Positions 1 through 8,761 of a stretch of 64,000 nt of DNA are shown one piece after another; the stretch's first letter is position 1; the number at the start of each line of letters is the position of its first letter. The notes beneath the pieces are model-generated. The model had not been told where the DNA came from, made no database searches, and saw nothing but the letters and a program-made list of their open reading frames with translations. The stretch comes from Lobosporangium transversale (lineage: Eukaryota): the NCBI RefSeq assembly GCF_002105155.1, contig NW_019028981.1, positions 124,001 to 188,000 of the forward strand. Direction: 5' to 3'. A program made the position numbers and the translations under genes.

Positions 1-1297
1 GACCATCTGTGACGCTATGGCTATTGTCATCAGCGCTCTCTCTCGTACTCTGTTGCCCCAGCTGAGCACGCTCCAAGTTTTTGCCAATCTGGACCAATTC
101 ACGGAAGAGATCCATGGCATCTTCTTCACGTTTTGCTAGGAATGCAAATTTGATCATCTCGTTGTAGGTTTTTGTGATTGGGACAAGACCAAAAAGCCGA
201 ACATGACTATCAAACATATGCTGTAGATCCTCAAGATCCTGGGTATAAGCATAGTAGGAAAAAAGTGTATGGACATTGTCAAGAGTAGGGATGAGTTTGT
301 CCTTATCCTTGTTCATGTTGCCTTTGTTGGACAGCACAGCACCCCCATTCAACGTCCTTGCGCGTTGACCAAGCGGGAGTGTCAGAAATGTGTTTTGGGC
401 TTCAAGCTGCTGCTGCAAAAGTTGACTTCCAGTATTGCCACCTGGCGGTGCTGCCACAAATGCTGCCCTATAGGTTGACTCGACTGCTTTCCAATTCTTC
501 ATCGCAGTGTGGATCTGTAGAATAAAATCCCAGCTCATGTTATCAGGTTTGATCCCTGAACGTTTCATCAAGTTGAGAGTTTCCATAGCCAGCCCAATAT
601 TTTTTCGAGGTACACATGATTGGAGGATTAGGTTGTATGTGTACAATGTGGGCTGAATCAGAGATCCTCCTCCTCCTCCAACTCCTCCAGAACCTTTCAT
701 TCCTCCAAACATATTATTGTTATAATCTCCTGTTAGCCCGGCTTTTCTCCGCATTTCAGCCCACGTCGAATCCACCATTGGGTACTGCCTCGTCGCAACT
801 GATAGCTCGAGGCGAGCAGTGTAATCGTTCATGTCGAGCTGAATATGGCACTGAATCATCCCTTCCCAGACCTGGTTGAACCGATCAACTAATATAGAGA
901 CTTCTTCCTTTGTGAAGCGATTGGGATCTACAGGACGAATACTTCTGAGAAGTAGCGAATGATGGATAGGCAGCAAACTTGATAATTGGCCTGAGCGACC
1001 GAGTGCGGAATAAGCCATCCATGCAGTCTCCTGATCCTTGTTCTGAATAGCATTCAAAAGAAGAGCGGCATTCTCAAATGCAGGGGAGATCTTGAGAGCA
1101 TTGGGAAAAGTACACAAAACGATGGGTGATGACTTATGTTTTAATGAATTTTTATCAAGAGCATGATTTGTCGGAGGCACAGGGTCTAAACTACGGGAGA
1201 AAAAGCTGAACGTGGACTGATGTCTCTTGAGAAATAGAGACCTTGCTCGATTTCGAATTAAAAGCCGAGAGCAGAATGCCTGCGTTAATGCTGACAT
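1..1297 (-). CDS. Mitochondrial pentatricopeptide-repeat (PPR) protein, 5' portion (runs off the window start)
   Basis: Hand translation from ATG 1297 gives an open frame starting MSALTQAFCSRLLIRNRARSLFLKRHQSTF, an Arg/Ser-rich presequence-like stretch. It contains the PPR-like unit PTLYTYNLILQSCVPRKNIGLAMETLNLMKRSGIKPD. It is absent from the ORF track, presumably because the stop lies outside the window. Confidence 0.8.
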   Translation of the reverse strand, partial: MSALTQAFCSRLLIRNRARSLFLKRHQSTFSFFSRSLDPVPPTNHALDKNSLKHKSSPIVLCTFPNALKISPAFENAALLLNAIQNKDQETAWMAYSALGRSGQLSSLLPIHHSLLLRSIRPVDPNRFTKEEVSILVDRFNQVWEGMIQCHIQLDMNDYTARLELSVATRQYPMVDSTWAEMRRKAGLTGDYNNNMFGGMKGSGGVGGGGGSLIQPTLYTYNLILQSCVPRKNIGLAMETLNLMKRSGIKPDNMSWDFILQIHTAMKNWKAVESTYRAAFVAAPPGGNTGSQLLQQQLEAQNTFLTLPLGQRARTLNGGAVLSNKGNMNKDKDKLIPTLDNVHTLFSYYAYTQDLEDLQHMFDSHVRLFGLVPITKTYNEMIKFAFLAKREEDAMDLFRELVQIGKNLERAQLGQQSTRESADDNSHSVTDG

Positions 1298-1485
1298 CGT
1301 CTATTGGATCAATCGTCAGCTACAGCTTGAGATTAGCTGGAAGTTTTTTTTGATAACAAGTACTTTTTTAAAGGAGGGTGCAGTCTTGACCCGCTTACGT
1401 CACACAAATTGCGATATGATCACGTGAATAGTCACATTTACTATAGTGAATTAATATATATTCTTTTTTGGAGAAACTTTAGCTT

Positions 1486-1558
1486 GCCCGGCTAGCTCAA
1501 TCGGTAGAGCATCAGACTTCTAATCTGAAGGTTGCGGGTTCGATCCCCGCGTTGGGCT
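1486..1558 (+). tRNA. tRNA with TCT anticodon (nominally tRNA-Arg), intronless
   Basis: Full cloverleaf. Acceptor GCCCGGC/GTTGGGC, D arm GCTC-AATCGGTA-GAGC, anticodon arm TCAGA-CTTCTAA-TCTGA, T arm GCGGG-TTCGATC-CCCGC. Pol III A and B boxes are intact. Confidence 0.95.
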
Positions 1559-1566
1559 ATAATTAA

Positions 1567-1647
1567 TGCCTTTTGAGCGAATGCTATTTTTTTTAGGGTT
1601 GCCCAATAGAAAGCGACGTAAACAAAAGAATTATGCCGTCGAATGCT
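1567..1647 (+). mobile_element. Degenerate, internally deleted copy of the Harbinger left terminal repeat
   Basis: TAA|TGCCTTTT-GAGCGAATGCTATTTTTTTTAGGGTTGCCCAATAGAAAGCGACGTAAACAAAAGAA-TTATGCCGTCGAATGCT aligns in three collinear blocks to the intact TIR (1653-1660, 1713-1769, 1814-1830), with two deletions and several substitutions. Confidence 0.85.
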
Positions 1648-1652
1648 CCTAA

Positions 1653-1883
1653 GGCCTTTTCAAGACCGAATTGTATTGAGCGAATGCTAATTTCTATTGG
1701 TTGGGGAGTTGAGAGCGAATGCTATTTTTTTTTTAGGTTGCCCAATAGAAAAAGATGTAAACAAAAGAAAATGCAATACGGTATTCGATGGCACAATACG
1801 CAAAAGATGAGAATTGTGCCATCGAATGCTAGTTTTTTTTGGATCGAATGCTATTTTTTTTGGTTCTCACGCCAGCCCTTAAG
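1653..1883 (+). repeat. Left terminal inverted repeat of the Harbinger element
   Basis: Reverse complement of 5161-5391 with only a few differences (CAAAAG/CATAAG, CCAGCC/CCAACC and small indels at T tracts). Confidence 0.95.
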
Positions 1884-1973
1884 CCAGCTTCCATAGCCTT
1901 TTTTTTTACTCTTTGTTCTTTGTTTCATTCTTCAATAATTGTTATAATTCTTATTCCAATTGAAAGCTCCATA

Positions 1974-3826
1974 ATGGCAAGTCCCAACCATACATCGTTG
2001 CCTTTCACTCCTATCGCTCCCTCTATTCAACAGAGACATACAAAAGCAGATACTCTTCTTGCTTCTGCGTTTCAGCCTTTTCAGTTTGAATCTCCTCAAC
2101 ATAACTCATATCAATTTCACTCGGCCATCCCGTACAATACTAGGTCTGGAATAGCTTCTCCGAGTCTTTCACCAGTCATTGGTCCACGTCAATACCTTCC
2201 TCAAACTCGTTACACTCCTCTTGCGCCGAGTCAGCAGCAGCAAGCACAATACTCTCAAGACCAACAGCTTCTTCACTATCAAAAGACCGCTCAAAACCTT
2301 CAGCATCCTCAGCAATATTATCAACCTCAGCAATACCATCAACCTCAATATTTTCCTCACCAGTACCAAGGTACTCCTCAAAGGCAATCTCCACGGCAAT
2401 TAGAATCACGCCAACCATCTGGGGAAGATAATCATGGAGATCAATCGTATCAAATCTCGCCGCTTCCTCAGACTTCTCTACCGCAACCGTCGTCATCTGA
2501 GAGTAGCTCCAGCAAACGCAAACACTCTGAATTAAAAGAAGAGGAGGATTTGGAAAACTCAAAAGACTTGAGGAAAAGATTCTGGACAAACGCACCATCG
2601 TTGACATTAGTAGACTGGATATCAGACTACGACAATTACAAGAGACTTAATGCAGTACGTCCGACACAGGGTCATAGACCTATCGATGTTCGTAAACAGA
2701 TCGCCGCCCATATTAACTCACTACATCCTGAGGCGAATTGGACTGAGGAGACTGTCAAGTCAAAACTTCAGCATCTAAAAAAACAATATCAGAAGGCAAA
2801 ATCCCTTGTTTCTAAGGCTGGTGAAGGCAATATGCACGATAATCCTACTCTCAAAGCTAGAGTCCTCAACATCTGTCCAGCATTTGAAAAACTTGACAGT
2901 GTATATTCCGCCAGTCTTTCTGTGAATCCTCCGCGTCCGATTCAATCGACAAATTTTGCCAATCCGGGGATCTCTGATAGCGATGGTAACGATGGTAATG
3001 AAACAGAGACAAGTATCATCGATATCGAGGATGACGAGAATGAGTCAACAACAGGTAATGTTAGCATCGTAATTGCTTTATTTTCATGGCTGTGGTCTGT
3101 AAAATTAATATTAACAGGATGTTATCAATAGATGTTGTCAAGACGCTCAATACTGGAAAGATAGTAAAGAGGAGTAGAAAAGCTTCGGAACACATAAATG
3201 CAGAAATAATGCTGCAGCTATTGCAGGAAACCAGAAAAAAACAAGAGAATGATGTAAAATGGACGAGTGATCGTCGACATCTTGTTACGAACAGAGAGAA
3301 TGCGGTCTGCCACCGGGAGCATGTGATGTTCAGTAGAGAGAGTGAGCTCCAGGAACTATATAGAGACAAGATGACTAAGATCGAAATTACAGAAGAATCC
3401 CTTAGACGCAGGTTGGATGAAAGAGATGCACAGATAGAGCTATTGAAGCAAAAAAGGGATGAGGAGGTAGATCAATTGAAACAAGCTAAGGATGAGGAGC
3501 TGAAGCAACTGAGGCAAGAAAAGGATGCCGAGTTGAATCGACTGAAGCAAGAAAATGATGCCGAGATGAAGCGACTGAGGCAAGAAAAGGATGAGGAGTT
3601 GAAGCGACTGAGGCAAGAAAAGGATGAGGAGCTGGAGAAATTGAAGCAAGAAATCAAATCAGTTAAAGAAGACCACGAAAGAGAAAAACAAAAACTAAGA
3701 GACGAACGTGATGAAGAAAGGAAGGATAGAGTAGTGTTAGAAAAACAGCTCATCCCTGTTATGTGCGAGAAAGCGGCTTTGCAAAAGGAATTAGAGACAT
3801 TGAAGACTGTAAGACTGCAAAAATAA
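1974..3826 (+). CDS. Harbinger accessory protein with a Myb/SANT(MADF)-like DNA-binding domain and a C-terminal coiled coil; two exons, ~592 aa
   Basis: ATG at 1974 (MASPNH). A GT-AG intron at 3055-3131 joins ORFs 1839..3131 and 3086..3826 in frame. Trihelix-like segment FWTNAPSLTLVDWI...WTEETVKSKLQHLKKQYQKAK...CPAFEKLDSVY. The gene lies between the TIRs. Confidence 0.8.
3455..3652 (+). repeat. Six tandem 33-bp coding repeats (11-aa unit KDEELKRLRQE)
   Basis: Consensus AAGGATGAGGAGYTGAAGCGACTGAGGCAAGAA repeated in frame in the accessory gene. Confidence 0.9.
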
Positions 3827-3840
3827 ATAAATATGGTATA

Positions 3841-5097
3841 TCATTTATTCTTCGCATTCAACACCCACATCTTCAATTGATCTCTTTTCCGTACTCCTTC
3901 CCGCCTGTCCTCATCCGATATATCAAAAACAGAATCGATGGCAGCATCATTCACAACAGCACCATTGACAACAGCATCATTGACGGCAGCTATGGAAGGC
4001 TCAATAGCATATTCTTCAACATATTCTTCAAGATCTTCATCGTCATCCAAGTCCTGATATATCCTTGTAAAATTGTGAAGGACTACGCAAGCCATGATCC
4101 AAAACGAAGCATCCTTAATATCCTTCTCCGAGTTGATCGAGATTGGCAAGCACTTCAAGGATTCGCACTTGTTCTTTAACATTCCAAATGCATGCTCAAT
4201 GATTGCACGGGCCGAGCTGTGAAGCCGATTGAATATGACCTGATCTTCTTTTGCATTTTTGTAATTTGGGATGATTGTGGGGTTGATTGGGTACGCACTG
4301 TCACAAATCAAGTAATCTTGGTCTTGGAAAAACTCTCCTCTCTTTGTGAAAAGATCAGAGTTGCGATATGCTTGAGCATCATGCATGGAACCAACATATC
4401 CAGTGGTGAAGAAGATAAAGATGCCTCGATGATCACATACTGCAGTAGCGCCCATGGCAAAGTTACACTTCCGTGTTATCCAAGAGTTAGTATCATAGGA
4501 TGGCGCGCGAAACAAAGGAAAAGGAACACCATCCAGAGCACCTATCAACTTTGGAAATCCTTTATTCTCTTTGAACCAACGACTTATCTCACTCTTCTGG
4601 TTGGTGTCAGGCCAGATGATGAACCTAGGAGCTACCTCCGCTATGGCATATACACCCTTCCAAGTGTAATCATGGACCGTGCCGTTGCCAATGCCGAACA
4701 TGAGTGCCACTTTTGGAATTGACACACCGGAAGAACCTAGGCGGAACAAGGTCACTTTGAGAATCAGATCGACGGAACTGCTGCAGCCTCTGAAGAACTT
4801 GCTTCCTCTCACCAAGCCCAACATACGATCGAACTGAGAGCGAGAAACCCGCATAATCCGTTTGAAGTGTTTAGACTGATAACTGTTCAGTACTCTATCC
4901 CGGATGTCCGACGACGTTGGTATAGGGACACGCGGCCTCAAGTACCGATTTTGTTGTATGTACACATAAAGATTGTAGAGCGTCTCCAAACGCTCTTCTT
5001 TGACTCTCCAGGGGATGTTGGAGCGAAAGACATCAATATATTCGTCTTCACACTTTTTCAAAAGACGTTGTCTTTCTGTCAATCGTTTAGAACGCAT
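3841..5097 (-). CDS. PIF/Harbinger (HARBI1-like, DDE_Tnp_4-type) transposase, ~418 aa
   Basis: Motifs GALDGVPF, CDHRGIF, GSMHDA, LICDSAYP, FNRLHSSARAIIEHAFGMLK and ACVVLHNF, plus an N-terminal HTH-like region (LFRLGSSGVSIPKVALMFGIGNGTV). The likely start is M45 of the listed ORF (MRSKRLTE), because the upstream extension runs into the TIR. Confidence 0.93.
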   Translation of the reverse strand: MRSKRLTERQRLLKKCEDEYIDVFRSNIPWRVKEERLETLYNLYVYIQQNRYLRPRVPIPTSSDIRDRVLNSYQSKHFKRIMRVSRSQFDRMLGLVRGSKFFRGCSSSVDLILKVTLFRLGSSGVSIPKVALMFGIGNGTVHDYTWKGVYAIAEVAPRFIIWPDTNQKSEISRWFKENKGFPKLIGALDGVPFPLFRAPSYDTNSWITRKCNFAMGATAVCDHRGIFIFFTTGYVGSMHDAQAYRNSDLFTKRGEFFQDQDYLICDSAYPINPTIIPNYKNAKEDQVIFNRLHSSARAIIEHAFGMLKNKCESLKCLPISINSEKDIKDASFWIMACVVLHNFTRIYQDLDDDEDLEEYVEEYAIEPSIAAVNDAVVNGAVVNDAAIDSVFDISDEDRREGVRKRDQLKMWVLNAKNK

Positions 5098-5160
5098 TTT
5101 GTAAAAAAGGAAGGGAAGGAGGAACAGGTACACTAAAGAAGACCATCCAATAGAAGACAT

Positions 5161-5391
5161 CTTAAGGGTTGGCGTGAGAACCAAAAAAAATAGCATTCGA
5201 TCCAAAAAAAATAGCATTCGATGGCACAATTCTCATCTTATGCGTATTGTGCCATCGAATACCGTATTGCATTTTCTTTTGTTTACATCTTTTTCTATTG
5301 GGCAACCTAAAAAAAAAAATAGCATTCGCTCTCAACTCCCCAACCAATAGAAATTAGCATTCGCTCAATACAATTCGGTCTTGAAAAGGCC
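5161..5391 (-). repeat. Right terminal inverted repeat of the Harbinger element
   Basis: Ends ...CGGTCTTGAAAAGGCC at 5391 and is the reverse complement of 1653-1883. Confidence 0.95.
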
Positions 5392-5551
5392 TCAGTGTAT
5401 GCCATGGTTTCACGTACAGACACAAGAACACAGGTCTTTTCACTGGAAAAACTCATTCGTTAAAGGTCATATGAATGCATTTGTATAGAACCATAAATAT
5501 ATCTATGCACACCCTACAAAGCATAATTAATGATAAATAAGTGTATTTTAT

Positions 5552-7643
5552 TCAAGAGGTAGGAGGACTCCGGAATTCTTTCCTGACACGCATGGGTGTA
5601 GTGGGTATTGTGGGTGTAGTGGGTGTAGAAGGGGATAGAGGCCTTGCTTGATTATAATCAGTTATTGTGGTCTGTTGTTGTTGTCTTTGTCCTTCCTGCC
5701 ATTGAGTTTGCGTGGCGAGTTTAGTGCGTTGACGTGAACTTCTAGGTGCTTCTTCAAGAATGAACGCATGTTGCCCTACATGTGTGATTTCAGGGGCAGT
5801 AACAGCAGAAGCAGGTTGACGAGGTACTGCAGAGCCGAATGATGGACTTCCTGGACTTGTCATAGTACCTCTACCAGCAATCCGCTGATGGTATGGAAGG
5901 TCAAATGGTGTTGGTGAGGTTGCGCCATTGCGACGTGGTGAAGACAGAGTTGGTGAAACTGGTGAGCGAGGGGATTGTGGTACGCTAGAGATGACTTGCT
6001 GTTGATATCGGGGAGAGACTGAAGATAGGGAGCCAGCAACCGAGTTCCGGCTCAAAGACCGCTCATCGTGCATTATTTTAAACGTGTTGAGTTGCATAGC
6101 ATCGCCACTATCATCTTGTCCCACAGCTTTTGTGAGGGGATAGGTATCGTTGTCATTATAACCGCCATGATTGTGACGGGTGGAGCCGGATCTCTCAATA
6201 TCAATGTAATCGGATTTAGAAATGTTTGACTCATCTGGCGCTCTGTAAGGAACAAGACTAGATCGTGCATTGTTGGTGCCATTACCATTACTGTACTTTG
6301 TGTCGCTATTGTCAACTTGGCTTTTTTGAGGACGAGTACTTGTGGGTACAGTGCGTGTGACACTTCCTGCTCCTCCACTGGATACTCCAAACGCAGTACC
6401 AACGATAGATCGACGTGGATAGAAGATCAAGACCAAGGTTACCCAGATAATAAACTCGAAAAAGTTGACATTTGTAACCAAAAAATCGGATGCAAACTTA
6501 TTATGAGCAATTACTGGATTTGGAGTCAGGCCATCTGCAGAGGACACGCCCAGTGCTATTCCTGACCCAAGCATAGCACCCGTGAGAATTGTATTCTACA
6601 TAATGCGAACCAAGTAAAGTGACAAGAATGGATAATCAGTTTGGAAACATACAAAAAGAGAGCATATTCAAAGACAGCCCTTGCATATGAAAGCATGCGA
6701 TAATGGTGGCCATACTCGAAAAAAAAAAAAAATAATCGAGTAGCACACATACCATATCCTTGAAATACTCAAGTTTCTCAGCCACACCTTGTGTATTCTC
6801 GTTGATTGTAAGCAAAGCGTTCTTGAGCAAAGACTTGAATCGGAAATGAGTCCTGAATCCTAAGAAGGCAATGGCCAACAACACGATACTGAAAGCCATC
6901 TGCGGTGCAGCCTCTCTGTACGCATGATTATTCCTGAAAACGAATTGAATGGTTGGAAATACTACGAGGACTATCAGCGAGCAAATAATGTTGAGTCGAA
7001 ATTCAAAACTTGACATGAAGGACGACTTTGTGACGGATTTGGAGATATAGTGATAGAATGCTTGGAGCAAGAAGAATATGCTCGTCAACAGTGCAATGGC
7101 GCATGCAAGTGCATAATCCAAAACTGAGGCTTGGTCCTGATTTGATGGAGCCCAAAGGAAGGATGGTCGAGAGATGATCTGTCCTGAGTTAGGATTAGAC
7201 CAAAAGCCCTCTTGATATTTAATAACAGCACATCCTATGTCATATCTTTTGTTATTATTGTAGAAAGGAAAAAAGCAGAAGGCGTAACTGCAGTTTAGTT
7301 TAATTTGCCAACAAGCTCAAAGTTTTTTTTTTGTGTATTTTGTTTGTTAGATACACATGTTGCATACACATGTGCTCCCTTAATCCATGCATCGAATAAC
7401 ACGAGGCAATCAGAAAAAGGGGCCAGACTGCCCGATGTTCCCACTGGCTACTTACGATAAATGTAATGGGATGGCTATCAGTAATAGCAATGTGACGATG
7501 CTACGAAGTTCGAAACGCAGAATGCGTCTGGGATTTAGTGCACCGAAGCGGTCATATCGAAATACGTATGCTACAAACCAAACGTAAAACCAGCCATTTG
7601 CAATGGCTCGTTGTGTAAAAGAGTAATCTGATAGATGGGTCAT
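5552..7643 (-). CDS. Multi-pass (probably 7-TM) membrane protein with a long low-complexity C-tail, paralog 1; 3 exons
   Basis: Start MTHLSDYSFTQRAIANGWFYVWF at 7643. ORF pieces 7452..7643, ~6752..7230 and 5552..~6590 are linked by GT-AG introns. Seven hydrophobic segments, the last ending VTLVLIFYP. Confidence 0.75.
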
Positions 7644-8761
7644 GGTATCGCTATAGTGTATAAAGATGGCCAATGTTATATGAAATGCTGTAGGCAACGA
7701 TGAAATAACAAGGTAAAGGAAGCGTAAAGGTAGAATAGGGGAATCCACCAAATGATGGATGATGGTATTGGAGGTTAGGAAAGGTTTAAAAAAAAAGTTG
7801 TAGAAAGATAGGGTAATGGGGGATTAGACTAGATTTATAGAAATAGTCGAAGCGACTCTCAGGCTTGCTATCATTGTCTCTTTTTTCATCTTCATTAATA
7901 GTTAATGCACTGGATTGCATACATATACATGTGCTATTGTACATGTGGAAGCTCCGCAGGCACCAAGTGGAGGAGGTGATTCAGAAAAGTATGAAATGCA
8001 ACAAAGTTCATGGCTCTCTGAAGCACGAACCAATGATACATACGCCTTTGTGGAGTGGGCTGGACTCAATCGCTCGCTTCAAAGTATGTTAATTGCATTT
8101 ATGCCTGGTCGGAGAAAGCTGCACAGTTTTAAGTTATTGAGCTCAACCTCGATCAAAACCGATGTGAAAATGTTGAGTGATCATATTAATTGCTTGTGCT
8201 GATCATAAGAAAGTAACTTTGCACTCAGCCGACTCATTCAGAAGTGATTTCAAGATATATATACATATGGCTTTCGGAAAAAGAAAGACTGAACTCTCCA
8301 CAATGTGGAGAAGCTCTTTAACTGATATTGATATGACATTATTCAATCATAGTGAATAGAAAAAATGCCTTTTTTTATTTTTATTTTTTTATTATTATTA
8401 TTAAAGATAAGCTCTAATATTTTATATTCGGCCAGTCGAAATGGCTATGGTAAAGCAAAAGCATTGACGGTATGAATGACAAGGTTCAATGAGACGACAG
8501 TTATTCTAGCCTTTCTCGAAGCAAGATATCGTACGCCTAGTTCAGTACCATGGAAGCCATTAAGCACATGAACTTCTATAGCTTAACAACTGTAAAGTGC
8601 ATTTTGCACCATGTTTTATATGTGCAAATGTAGTATTATATGCAAATTTATTTGTCATTAGGAGGGCATTTGGCGTTAACAATTAAAAAAATGAAGAATC
8701 AAGTGTTAGTCTATCATAAAGAGTGCGCTATCATATAGGGCTTGTATTTGACGTTGAAGTC

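Larger units (their letters stand above)
1653..5391. mobile_element. PIF/Harbinger-superfamily DNA transposon, apparently intact and autonomous (3739 bp)
   Basis: Near-perfect ~231-bp TIRs beginning GGCCTTTTCAAGACCG. Flanks are TAA (1650-1652) and TCA (5392-5394). It encodes a Harbinger-type DDE transposase and a second Myb/SANT-like protein, the two-gene layout typical of this superfamily. Confidence 0.93.

Noticed and set aside
1633..1973. ORFs 1633..1896 (+) and 5162..5347 (-), and the hydrophobic N-terminal extensions of both transposon ORFs
   Set aside because: They are translations of the TIRs, which explains the mirror-image peptides. They are not independent genes.
3455..3652. Regularly spaced 33-bp repeats resembling a CRISPR array
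   Set aside because: Head-to-tail coding repeats with no unique spacers, in a eukaryotic gene, with no cas genes nearby.
3763..5136. Plus-strand ORFs of 138, 176 and 89 aa inside the element
   Set aside because: Antisense shadows of the transposase with no recognisable motifs. In particular I saw no TnpB/Fanzor RuvC signature.
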